64,000 bases of DNA from the human T2T-CHM13v2.0 reference genome, Homo sapiens: assembly GCF_009914755.1 (NCBI RefSeq), contig NC_060943.1. The stretch is one strand, 5' to 3'. Within the stretch, counting starts at the first letter, position 1. Every line of letters begins with the position of its first letter. Of this stretch, positions 1 through 19,760 are shown piece after piece. A program made the translations under genes and the position numbers. A model generated the notes under the pieces. It saw nothing but the letters and a program-made list of their open reading frames with translations, was not told where the DNA came from and did no database searches.

Positions 1-412
1 CTTGGGAGGCTGAAGCAGGAGAATTGCTTGAGCCAGGAGTTTGAGGCTGTAGTGAGCCATGGTTGTGCTACTACACCTTAGTGTGGGCAACAGAGTGAGA
101 CCTTATCTCTATTTAAAAAACAACCACAAGAAAAAAGGCCAGTCTCATTGGCTGATGTGAGTGGATTGCTTGAGCTCAGGAGTTTGAGACCAGCCTGGGC
201 AACATAGTGAAACCCCACCTCTACAAAATCATACAAAAATTAGCCAGGCGCAGTGGCACATGCCTATAGTCACAGTTACTCAGGAGGCTGAGGTGGGAGG
301 ATTGCTTGGGCCCAGGAGGTCAAGACTTCAGTGAGCTGTGATTGTGCCACTGCACTCCAGCCTGGGCGACAGAGCAAGACCCTGTCTCAAAAAACAAAAC
401 AAAAAACAAAAA
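1..412 (+). mobile_element. Two old Alus (3' part 1-120; internally deleted AluJ-like 137-412)
   Basis: Alu consensus similarity with A-tails. Confidence 0.9.
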
Positions 413-995
413 CTGAGCATATATACATAGAGATAAATATAGGCTTACAAATCACAGATACATAAACACAGACACAGATACACAAAATTACACACGCATC
501 TCTTTTACAAAGAAAGCAAACTCAGAAACAGACCCACAAACGCATTTGTTCAGACTAAGACTTTAAAACCTATACAGAGAAACACACACAAGCACAGAGA
601 CTCACAGGACATACTGAACCTGGACACATACAGAAATCAAACTCTCTCCCATTAAGGAGCAGAAACACACAGATTTGGTTGTGTGCAGGAATAGCCTCCT
701 TTCTACATTTCTAATTCCCTGTCTTTGTAACCACTTCCATTCTGAAATGAGTTATGTTCCTGTCCTAGCCCACAATGGGGTAGAGGTTGCCTGAAGGTGA
801 AGCCAGGGTTTCTGCCAGTTTCGGAAAGAGTCCTGAGGGCTCCCTGGAAATACCTTTGAATTGGGGGTTGGGCAAGGAAGAGAAGAAAGGCTGGGATGGT
901 GGGAAGAGAGACACCAGGAAAAATGACTGATGGGAGAAGAACAAAGGCAGGGAAGAGAAATGAAAATGACATAGCCTCCAGGCTCCTGCCCACCA

Positions 996-1168
996 AGACC
1001 CAGGAGTCCAGGCCCCCAGCCTCCTCCTCCCTCAGACCCAGGAGTTCAGGCCCCCAGCCCCCTCCTCCCTCAGACCCAGGAGATCAGGCCCCCAACCCCT
1101 CCTCCCTCAGACCCAGGAGTCCAGGGTCTCTCCTCCCTCAGATCTAGGAGTCCAGGCCACCTGCCCCT
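996..1168 (+). repeat. MSR1-type minisatellite, ~4.5 units of 37-38 bp
   Basis: Units AGACCCAGGAGTCCAGGCCCCCAGCCCCTCCTCCCTC start at 996, 1034, 1072, 1109 and (degenerate) 1140. This is the chr19q13-enriched MSR1 consensus. Confidence 0.9.
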
Positions 1169-1198
1169 TCTCACTACTGGATTCAGAAGTTTGCGTAC

Positions 1199-1262
1199 CT
1201 GTCAGGCAGAGCGCAGCCCCAAAGAGGCAGAGCAGAATGACTCTGGGGACCCCCATTGCCAT
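1199..1262 (-). CDS. LYPD5: LYPD5 (Ly6/PLAUR domain-containing 5) first coding exon, signal peptide; remainder of gene lies left of the window
   Basis: Reverse complement reads ATG GCA ATG GGG GTC CCC AGA GTC ATT CTG CTC TGC CTC TTT GGG GCT GCG CTC TGC CTG ACA G|gtacgc = MAMGVPRVILLCLFGAALCLT-G. This is a hydrophobic leader ending in a phase-1 donor as typical of Ly6/uPAR genes, and matches the LYPD5 N-terminus as I recall it. Confidence 0.93.
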
Positions 1263-2480
1263 TGCTGAGCTGGGCCACCTGGGACAGCTCCTCCCGCTGT
1301 GATGTGCTGCCTGGCTGGTTCTCCTTACTGAGTCCTAAGCATCCCGGCCACCCAGCCTGGCCAGTATTTCTTCGTCCCACCCTCCCTATGTGGGCGGGTC
1401 TCTTCCTAGGTAATCGTGATGGAAACAGGGTGATCCTCAGTTGCTGGAGATCTACACTTCTGGGTCTGAGGGAGGAGAGAACTAGAAGTCTGGAACCCTT
1501 AATTTTGAATGATTGGTGTCTTGTTGGCCTTCTTCCTTCACCCCTCCCAGCACTCTGCTCTAATCTGAGGGTGGCACATATGGCCTTTTGACTTCCCTTC
1601 CCTCCCCCTACCCCAACACACACCACCCACACAGCTTCCAATCCTGGGATGTCTCCACACCCAAAGACACGTTCATCGTCCCATCGTCTAAACCTTCTCT
1701 GAACCCCATCTCCCCACTCATCCACACACCCTCAGCCTCCAGCACCTTCCTGTCTCCCAGCCCTGATCAAACTAGGCTGGGCTAGCGTCTGTCTCCCCTA
1801 CCGGGCTGTGAACTCTTCGGGGGCCTCCAGGAATGTCTGAGATACCGTATGACTGAACGAATGAATCAATGAATGAAGACACAAACAGAGAGGCACCAAG
1901 AGACATACAGGGAGAGACAGACACAAAAGAGAAACAGAGAGAGAGGAAGAGAGAGAGAGAGAGTGTGCCTTCGAGGAAGCAATTACACATGAGATGCAGA
2001 AAGACAGACACAGCCTGCTGTGAACAGATGTGACTGTGTAGTCACACAGACAAACCTAGAGGTGAAGAGGGACACCCCGATAGACACGACATGCCCCCAG
2101 GTGTTTCAGAAACATTTATTAAATGAATGAAATCAAGAAGATGGAGATACAGCAGACAACCAGAGGGTCACTGTCCCCCGAGGACACAGGCAGACACATG
2201 TGGATGCTCAGACACTCAGCAGGTGAGGAGGTCCAGAGGAGGCCCCAGCAGGTGGTTGGTGCTGAGGCAGAGACCCCAGGCTAGCACCTCCTGGTTTGTC
2301 TCACTTCTTGCTGCCTGGAGATGCTGCCTGCTGGATCAGGCTAGTGGATACTAGCCACAGAGTGGGCACCAGCCATGTGCAGACACCCAGAGTCTCAGAC
2401 CCACATCTGGATGGCAGAGTCCACGTAACACTGGTGACCAAAAGAGCCTTAATGGTCCCCTCAGATCGACTAAACTTTAG

Positions 2481-3469
<989 letters not shown>

Positions 3470-4309
3470 GCAGCCACTATGGACACTCACCAAACTATGT
3501 CCTCCCTTACTGTCATCTTGCCAAATCCCTCCTCTTCCCATCAGGCCTCACTTCCCAGAACCTGTTTTGCATACAAATTTTTCTTCCTCCCTGATTCTCC
3601 AGTTTCTGCCCCAGGCTCTCAGTGGGGGTCTATCCAGACCGGGGCAGGGTTGTGCTCGGGGGTCTCTGGAGAGTGGAGTCTGGCCAGGAAGGAGGATGGT
3701 TTTTCTGAAGCCCCCGTGGAAGGTGGAGGCACTGAAGGTCTTCACAGCAGTTGTCAGTTTCAGGGATTGAGGCTTACAGGGTAGGCAGACCAGTCTGGTG
3801 AATGCATGAGTATGTGAGTGCTGTGTGCACTTTTGATTCTGGTATCATTCAGGTACTTTTGGAGACTTTGAAGTGTCAGCTCCCTGTACCTTTTGGGAGC
3901 ATCCATCTGGCTGTCTTCATCTGCCTGGTGTCTGAGTGTTCACGAGTCTGTTGAATGCCTTAGAATTCTGAATGCCTTAGAATGTTCTCAAGGATCTTCT
4001 GTTGCATTCCATCAGTTTCCACGCATGGTTCCATTTCCAATCATGTTTGCAAACATCTGGCCTCTCAAAATTTTTTTTCATATTTGATTTTCATAAGCAG
4101 TTTACTAAATGTGGGTACCTTCTAGGGTTTGTGGCCCAAATAGTTGAGAAGTATTTAGTATTTCTTGCCTTATTGGAAATGATTCCATTAATCAAACAAG
4201 TCATAATTGTAATGCGTTTTAAGATATTCCCTAAGTAATGTGGGTCATCCCTTGCTTCCAGTCCTCATGTTCTGCATAAATGTTATTTCACACATTATCA
4301 GAATTGTGA

Positions 4310-4837
<528 letters not shown>

Positions 4838-4944
4838 TGAAACTCTTTACCCATCAAACAACTCCCCTTTCTTCTATCCCTCCTCCCCACACCCCCTGGC
4901 AAGCATCATTCTACTTTGTTTCTGTGAATTTGACTACTCTAGAT

Positions 4945-5785
4945 CAGGGATCCCCAACCCCCGGGGCCTGGTACCAGTACCTGTTAGGAACGGGGCCGCA
5001 CAGCAGGAGGTGAGCGGTGGGTGAGGGAGGGAAGATTCATCTGTATTTACAGCCTCTCCCCATTACTTGTACTACCACCTGAGCTCTGTCTCCTGTCAGA
5101 TCAGTGGCTTAGATTCTCATAACAGCGTGAATCCTATTGTGAATTGCGTATGCAAGGGATCTAGGTTATGCATTCCTTATGAGATTATAATGCCTGATGA
5201 TCTGTCACTGTCTCCCATCACCCCTAGAGGGGACCATCTAGTGGCAGGAACACAAGCTCAGTGGGCCAAGCGTGGTGGCTCATATCTGTAATCCTAGCAC
5301 TTTGGGAGGCTGAAGCAGGAGGATCACTTGAGGTCGGGAGTTCAAGATGAGCCTGGTCAACATGGTGAAACCCCATCTCTACTAAAAATATAAAAATTAG
5401 CTGGGCATAGTGGGCACGCCTGTAATCCCAGCTACTCAGGAGGCTGAGGCAAGAGAATCCTTGAACACGGAAGGCGGAGCTTGTGGTGAGCTGAGATCAC
5501 ACCACTGCAGTCCAGCCTGGGCGACACAGCAAGACACCGTCTCAACAAAACAAAACAAAACAAAACAAAACAAACCCAACAAGCTCAGGGCTCTCACTGA
5601 TTCTACATTATGGTGAGTTATATAATTATTTCATCATATATTACAATGTAATAATAATAGAAATAAAACGCACAATAAATGTAATGCTCTTGAATCATCT
5701 GAAACCATCCCCCACTCCCCAGGTCCATGGAAAAATTGTCTTCCACACAATCAGTCTCTGGTGCTCAAAAGGTTGAGGACCGCTG
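4945..5785 (+). mobile_element. MER1A (hAT-Charlie), full length, Alu-interrupted
   Basis: Termini CAGGGATCCCCAACC ... GGTTGAGGACCGCTG, with 8-bp TSD CTCTAGAT at 4937-4944 and 5786-5793. Confidence 0.9.
5264..5578 (+). mobile_element. AluS within MER1A
   Basis: Full Alu, (CAAAA)n tail, TSD ACAAGCTCAG. Confidence 0.95.
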
Positions 5786-6104
5786 CTCTAGATAACTCAT
5801 ATAAGTGAAGTCATATAGTACTTGTCCTTTAGTGACTGGCTTATTTCACTTAGCATAATGTCCCGAAGGTATAACCATGTTGTATGTAGCATGTGTCAGA
5901 ATTTCCTTCCTTTTAAAGGCTGAACAATATCCCATTGTGTGGATACACCGCATTCTATTTATTCATTCATCCTTCCATCAATGGACACTGGGGTTGTTTC
6001 GCCTCTGGGCTATTGTGAGTAATGCTGTTATGAATATGGCTGTACAAATATCTGTTTGGGACCCTGCTTTGAATTTTTTTGGTTATTATATCAAATCATT
6101 TTGA

Positions 6105-9813
<3,709 letters not shown>

Positions 9814-10279
9814 AACAGAAAAATATTTTTTAAATAATAGTAAATATATACCAGACCACCCACAGCGTGATCAAACACCTTTCTTTGGCAGCATTTGTGT
9901 AGTTTCTAATACAGCTTTAAAATATGCTCATAAAGAATTATTAAATATCCTTTGTATTTATATTTTATTTAGAGCCTGGAGAAGGCTCTAAATAAAAGGT
10001 GAGAGGTGAATATTTTGAGTTAACTTGATATAAGCAAGGTTTCACAGATTAACTTTGAAATATAGGATGACATGGGGCTGGGTGCCATGGCTTATGCCTG
10101 TAATCCCAGCATTTGGGAGGTTGAGGCAGGATGACTATGACAGCTTGAGCCCAGGAGATTGAGGGAAAAAAAAATGGATAACATGGAATAGTTGAGAAAC
10201 GTGACATCATGAAAATAAAGGTGATTTTTCTAAATTTTATTGCAAACAAATTTAAAGGTATGAAAGTGTTGAAAAATTA

Positions 10280-10735
<456 letters not shown>

Positions 10736-10759
10736 CTATCTCTATCTTCTGTGTCAGCC

Positions 10760-11220
10760 TCTGGTGCATAGGAAACCACAAGCAAAATGTAGGGGCTTAA
10801 AACATCAAGCATTTTACCCCTCTCCAAATCCTGTGTGTCTCTTGGGTTGTTCTTCTGATATGGGCTGGCTTGACTGATTTCTGCTGGGCTCTGTCATGTG
10901 CTTGTGGTCAGCTGGAGGGTTGGGTGGTGGCTGGATGACCCAGAATGGTCTCACTCACAAGACTGGCTGTCAGGCAGGCCTCAGTTCTCCTCCAAATGGC
11001 TAGCTTGAACTTTATCACATGGGAGTTGCAACGTTCCAAAGGGGAGCAAAAAAGAGCAACCCCTAATAAGCAGGTGCTTTTCATGCCTTTGCTTATGTTA
11101 TGTTTGCTAATGTCCCATGTCCCATTGGCCACAGCAAGTCACCAGGGTATCCCAGAGTCAGTGCAGAAGGACACTAACAAAAGGTGTGGATAGAGGGAGG
11201 GGAATGATTTGTGGTTATTT
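10760..11220. mobile_element. MLT1-type MaLR LTR
   Basis: Motifs ggcttaaaacatcaagcattt and gctaatgtcccatgtcccattggccacagcaagtcac. Confidence 0.65.
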
Positions 11221-11221
11221 T

Positions 11222-11222
11222 T

Positions 11223-11280
<58 letters not shown>

Positions 11281-11300
11281 AATCTATCATCTATCTATCC
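11222..11300 (+). repeat. (TCTA)14 tetranucleotide STR with degenerate tail
   Basis: Direct count over 11223-11278. Confidence 0.95.
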
Positions 11301-11629
11301 ATCCATCCAGCTATCTATCATCATTATCATCTTTATCATCTATTATTTGTCTATTACTGTTGAACCATTAAAAGCAAGTTGCAGACATCTTTTGCTTCAC
11401 TCCTAAATATAAATTCTGGCATAGGCAAGGGTCTTTCTCCAATTCAATTCTTCCCTTCCCTTCTTTTCAGACTATTTTTAAAGGGCTAAATAACTTGAAA
11501 CTTGATCGTTCATCTCACATTCACACAATAATTGTGACAGTGATAAAGAACATGCAGGGAAGACCTACAAGGCCAACTAATTAAAATATTTAAAAACATT
11601 CATTTTTACCCACAAGGAAATCGTAGGTT

Positions 11630-11945
11630 TGAGCCACAACATTTAACCAGATTTCTTGGAGCTCAAAGGCAGTTCTGCAGTCAAATTTATACTCTTTTAA
11701 CTACACGCAAATTAAGGGACAGATGATGCAGACATTTCTAGGAAAAGAGTGGTAACTTCTAGGTCATCACCATGGAAATGGGTGGTAACTTCCGGGTATT
11801 GCCATGGCAATGGTAAACTGACATGGCACACTGGCGGGAGTGTCTTATGGAAAGCTGCTTCCACCCAGGCCCTGTTTTAGCTGGTCCTCAATTAGGTCTG
11901 GTGTCTGAGCCCCACCTCCGGAATCAAGTCCCACCTCCGACCTCA
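11630..11945 (-). mobile_element. MER41-family ERV1 LTR, 5' portion
   Basis: Reverse complement starts TGAGGTCGGAGGTGGGACTTGATTCCGG and contains gtcagtttaccattgccatggcaatacccggaagttacc, typical of MER41 LTRs. Confidence 0.7.
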
Positions 11946-12164
11946 TAAAGATATTAAGGACACTGTAAGAATAAATTCCTGCCCCATTCAGGAGATGTCT
12001 TGTGTAATTACGTTACTATGAGGTAGCTGGCTGGTCTCCTTGAGAAGCAGTTGCATATCAAGTGCTCAGGATCAGCCTCTGCTGCTAGCAGATTGGGTAC
12101 TCAGTAGCGGTGGTAACTTGATTAGTTTCAGTGAAAGGTAGCCCCTGCATGGTGCCCTCCCACA

Positions 12165-12427
12165 GTAATGAGTTTATGCAAGATCTGGTTGTTAAAAAGT
12201 CTGGGAACTCCACCGTCTCTCTCTCGCTCTCTCTCTTGCCATGTGACACACCTGTTCCCCCTTCGTCTTCCACCATGATTGTAAGCTTCCTGAGGCCTCA
12301 CCAGAAGCAGATGCTGGCACTATGCTTTTTGTACAGTCTGCAGAACTGTGAGCCAAATAACCTTCTTTCCTTATAAATTACCTAGACTCCGGCATTCCCT
12401 TATTGCAATGCCAAACAGACTAACACA
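12165..12427 (+). mobile_element. MST-type MaLR LTR, 3' part
   Basis: ccagaagcagatgctggc..gcagaactgtgagccaaataa..gactaacaca. Confidence 0.8.
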
Positions 12428-12549
12428 CAGGCATAGCTTTCACCCTTGCCACCATGGCCACTCTGTTCATGAGACCATTGAACCAGCATGGGGCTGGCTG
12501 AGGAGATGGACTGACTTACTTTCATGGGATGGATCATCCCTGTTGTTAA

Positions 12550-15042
<2,493 letters not shown>

Positions 15043-15590
15043 TAGGAAGTGTGAGTTGTAATAACTTATTCTTTACCTTAAGGGAGATACTATGGCATGT
15101 CCCAGATGATTGGACTTCTAAAATCTTCACTGATGTGGTAAGTTAGTGAACATTCATGAGGTTTATCTCCCTCTTTCTGTCACTCATTTGCATTACTATG
15201 GCTTCTACAGTGATTGCCACTTCCTGATCACCAGGTCAAATTAGCATGATTTTATTGGTGGAATGAACCAGTGCTATGTTCTTCAGAATGTAAAGATGAT
15301 CAAGGCCTCTGTGGACTACAATATGACGGAGATTAGGAGGGTTATCAGGAACCTGGGGCAAGACAGTGCTGCAGTCCTTACCATGCACACATGAATGGCT
15401 TTTAATTCTCCTAAATGTCAGAGATCAAGTAAAATACATTTGTCAGATCATTAAGCACATACTAAGGACCAAAAACTAGGTTGGTCAACTCCAGTAAAGA
15501 TGTCACATCTGACATAGCAGCTGAAATTGGAGCTGCTATTTGTTTACATTTAAAGTAGTCACTATGAATTAGCTTTGGCCACATAATAAG

Positions 15591-15960
15591 TGATACGGTT
15601 TGGCTGTGTCCCCACCCAAATCTCATCTTGAATTGTAGCTCCCATAATTCCCACATGTTGTGGGAGGAACCCGGTGAGAGATAACTGAATCATGGGGGTG
15701 GTTTCCCCCATACCGTTCTCATGATAGTGAATAAGTATTATCAGAGCTGATGGTTTTATAAGGGGAAACCCTTTTTGCTTGGCTCTCATTCTCTTTGCTG
15801 GCTGCCATGTAAGATGTCTCTTTGTTCTCTTTTGCTCTTCTGCTATGATTGTGAGGCCTCCCCAGGCATGTGTAACTATGAGTCCATTAAACCTGTTTTT
15901 CTTTATCAGTTACCCAGTCTTGGGTATGTCTTTATCAGCAGCATGAAAACAGACGAAAAC
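15591..15960 (+). mobile_element. THE1 solo LTR inserted in an MLT1 element (15563-16430)
   Basis: Starts TGATACGGTTTGGCTGTGTCCCCACCCAAATCTCATCTTGAATTGTAGCTCCC and ends ..gtctttatcagcagcatgaaaacagac. Confidence 0.9.
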
Positions 15961-16531
15961 AATCAGTAACCCCAAAACTCAGAGGCTTGAAATTACGAAT
16001 ATTATTTCTCACAATTCTGGGGGCTTTCTGAGCATTTCTTTTGCTCTGGGCTGGTTTGGCTGCAGCTGCATAGTATAGTCAGGCCTCACTCAAAGTTCTA
16101 ATGGTTGGTTGGTTATTGTGGGGGAGGGGGCATGAGAATGACTTGGCCTTATGTTTCTCATCATCCCTCAGTCTAGTTCACGCTTGCATGAACCCATGGG
16201 AGCTGGGTTCAAAATGCAACAAGAAAGCAGTTTCCATTCAGTGAGTGTTTTTCAAACCTCTATATGTCACATTTACTACTGTCTCAAAGAAAATCAAATG
16301 CACATTCCCAGATTCAAGGAGTGGAGAAATTGACTCCACCTTTGAAGGGAAGAGCTGCAAAGTCATGTTGCAAAGAATATACACACAGGAATGGGAAGAA
16401 TTTGTGGGATTTTTTTTCAATCTACCACATCCACTAGCTTCAGTCATGCAGGTTTTTTGCAGGGGCCAAGTGAAATGAATGGAGGTATGATAGGGACAAA
16501 TAATCCTGCATCCTCTAAGTTTTGATGATGA

Positions 16532-16908
<377 letters not shown>

Positions 16909-17139
16909 CATAAGTACTCTTAGTTCACAAGTTAGGAAGCCACTATAATGAGTTCTACCAGAAGATGAGCATATCTATCCCAAATATATGTTAAAGGATA
17001 GAGGAAAACAACCATAGGGTGAGTTCATGGACTTACTGAACTCACTGTGAGATCAGACTTGGGCCAAACATGGATAAGTAACAAGCTTGAAATCCTATCA
17101 CAAGGATCTTGAGGGTCTCTCCTGGAAACACTCCTCTTA

Positions 17140-17685
17140 GCTTACATTGCCTACAGGGAGGACCCTGAGAAGAAGTTTCTGTGCTATTATTTTATCAGCC
17201 GGTACAGTTCCAGGGAAGCAGGAGAGAGGGAAAAGTATAGTGTGGTAGGGAAGGAGACAACACTTGTATGAAGGTCTTACTGAGCTGGCCACTGCTTGCT
17301 ATCAAGTGTAATTGATTGTTTAATTTTGTGTTTTAAGACCACCTAGCTGAGGAGAAGAAGGGAGGTGAATTCATCCACTGGTTCATGAAATGTTTGTCCC
17401 AGAGACTATTAACTCCGCTGTACTTCCAGGTCGCGTGTGAATAGTTCAATGGGTTCTGTAACGTCTCATGCATCAGCATCAACAGGAAAGCCCTAGGGCT
17501 TGAGACAAGTAGTGCCCATTGCAGGCATGAGGTCAGGTTTCGTTGCTGCTTGTGCCCATGTAGAGTTGTTCTGAGTTCATGCAGGGATGTTGCTGCAGCA
17601 GTGAATCAAGAGAAACAAGTTTCCAGAGGCCCCAGGCACAGGTGAGGCTGAGAGGATCTGAAGTGACACATAAGATGTGTCTGAA
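17140..17685 (-). mobile_element. Old ERVL-type LTR adjoining the ERVL internal relic
   Basis: LTR16/ERVL-like composition, positioned 5' (on minus) of the ERVL pol relics. Confidence 0.4.
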
Positions 17686-18162
17686 CTCTTTCTTAATTCA
17701 ACTCTTGCATGCAATTATCTGAGCCTGGTGATGATTAGAGTTTAAATTCTAAACTACTGATGCTGTATCATTAATGACTAATTGTCTATTATTAAAAGTT
17801 TCTGTCTCTTCTTGTCAATTCTTTAAGTTATAGCTTTCTAGGAAATTGACCATTTCATCTGTTTTCAAATTTATTCTAATTCAAAAAATATTTTCTATTC
17901 TTGTGTAGTCTTTTTCTTTCTTAATATTATTTGTGCCTGTTCTCTTTTTTATTCATCTTTTGAAATAATCTATTTTTTAATTATCTCAGAAATGGATCAC
18001 TTCAAATAAGCAGTTGTTGGCATTTAGCCTCTATTGCATCAGTGTTTTCTATTTCTTTAACTTGTGCTTATTGTTGACCTCAACCAACTTTCTTTGTATT
18101 TATTCTATTATTCTGTGTTCTAACTTCAAGTTGGACATAGCCTTCATTCTTTTCATTTTTCC

Positions 18163-18308
18163 CTTCTTCTTCTTCTTCTTTTTTTTTTTTTTTTTTTTGA
18201 GATGGAGTTTGCTCTTGTTGCCCAGGTTGGAGCGTAGTGGCATGATCTCAGCTCACTGCAATCTCCACCCCCAGGGTTCAAGCGAGTCTCCTGCCTCAGC
18301 CTCCCGAG
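18163..18308 (-). mobile_element. Partial Alu (right arm only) fused to the env fragment
   Basis: Alu homology stops abruptly at ..cagcctcccgag. Confidence 0.92.
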
Positions 18309-18941
18309 GGGTCTAGGAGATTAGTGATTATTAGTTCTAGCGGGTTACAGTGACCGGTAGCACAGGAGGGATTGGCTTCCTTTTTCTGAAGGTGAACCGG
18401 GTCTTTTCTGTCCTTTTTCTAAGTAGCTTAAATAACACATGGTCAATAGGCACAATTTTCACAGGCCTCTAACTCATGACCCACTAATCCCCTAGACCCC
18501 CGTTGGAAAAAAGGAGAACGTGTAACCCTGGAGATCGATGGGTCAGGGCTAAACCCCCAAGTTGCCTTTTTAGTTTGAGGGGAGGTACACAGGCACTCTC
18601 CCAAACCAGTGTTTCAAACTTTTTATGATGAGCCGAATCTGCCAACACCAGAGCTTCCAAAAAGGACAAAAGAACTTGTTTCTCCAGCTAGCAGAAAGTG
18701 TAGCTCATTTCCTCAATGTTACTTTCTGTTATGTATGTGAGGGAACCACTATGGGAGACTGATGGCCTTGGGAAGCTAGAGAGTTGGTGCCCACTGATCC
18801 AGTTCCTGACCCAATTCCAGTTCAGAAGGCCCAAATTAGCAACTTCTGGGTCCTAAAAACTTCAATTATTGGACAATACTGTGTAGCTAGAGAAGGAAAA
18901 GACTTCACCATTCCTGTAGGAAAGCTCGATTGTCTAGGGCA
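18309..18941. mobile_element. HERV-E/ERV3-like env (SU) fragment, 5' part inverted
   Basis: Minus 18481..18309 translates CENCAY*PCVI*AT*KKDRKDPVHLQKKEANPSCATGHCNPLELIITNLLDP. Plus 18483..18941 continues [81 protein letters not shown], with stops and a frameshift. Confidence 0.88.
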
Positions 18942-19289
18942 CACTCCAGCTGTCACTCTACACACAAACCCACACACTTGTGTCACAGTCACAGATTCAT
19001 TCCAGTCCTGTCATACACCAAGCACTTTCTTCTTTTTGACACATACACACAGTCTGTCATACAAAGAGAAACACACCTGCTGTGTCATGAGCACACATGC
19101 AGTCACGAAGACATACCCTGGCCATTTCATGTGCACAGATGCACACACACCCCATTCCCTGTGTCACAAGACATCCCAGCCGTGGCACGTGCACTCTCAT
19201 ACAGACGCAACGTCACCATTCGCACGGTAGGGCACATCCTTGGCTCTATCACGCACATAATATTGCACACACCCCCTACACCATGTCTG

Positions 19290-19760
19290 TCACCACCACG
19301 GACGGTCCATCACACGCGGCCAGGGAGACGCCTGACCTCGTTTTGCCCCACCCCCTCCCTCAAGTCTTCATACCCAGCCACACTGTCGCCTTCTTCGGCT
19401 GCTCGCATTCGCCTCATTGCTTCTCCCACCCTTACCCGCACTGCCGACTGGGGCATGAGTCCGCAACGCCCTCTGCGCCTCGCCCTGCTTCGATGTCTCC
19501 TTCCGAAACTACACGCGGAACCCAAGAATCACTGGGATGCGCAAAGCGGATCAGGAGCGCACGCTCATTCGGCCCAGTGACCTGTGGGAATTGTAGTCCC
19601 GGGCCGGAAACGCAGGAGACGCCAGAAACCCAAGTTTGGGACGGCGCGTCCCAAGGGTTTCTGGAAGTTGTAACCTGTGCTCCGAGTGCGTAGGCGCAGG
19701 AACCCTTCGGGGGAATCCCTTTAGCAGGGAGCGTATATTGAAGAGTGCGTGCGGAGGTGA
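19290..19760. promoter_or_regulatory. CpG-island promoter with ZNF143/THAP11-type (SBS) motif and ETS site; probable distal LYPD5 promoter
   Basis: High CpG density. TGGGAATTGTAGT at 19585-19597 (= ACTACAATTCCCA on minus), CCGGAAA at 19604-19610, a second SBS-like CTGGAAGTTGTAA at 19661-19673, and outward-facing splice donors on both strands. Confidence 0.8.
19436..19575 (-). other. LYPD5: Candidate non-coding alternative first exon of LYPD5 (5' end approximate)
   Basis: Minus-strand donor TGCGG|GTAAGG with intron starting at 19435, directly downstream of the SBS motif and pointing toward the LYPD5 body. Agrees with my recollection of a distal LYPD5 start site. Confidence 0.65.

Noticed and set aside
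996-1168. 37-38 bp periodic repeat superficially like a CRISPR array
   Set aside because: Head-to-tail units without unique spacers in mammalian DNA; it is an MSR1 minisatellite.
1183-1725. 180-aa minus ORF and 111-aa plus ORF over the LYPD5 promoter
   Set aside because: Not in the LYPD5 signal-peptide frame. GC-rich chance ORFs.
18784-19693. Overlapping ORFs of 148, 216 and 198 aa
   Set aside because: Env relic plus CA-rich low-complexity and CpG-island sequence that is poor in stops. Non-ATG or unsupported starts and no coherent protein.
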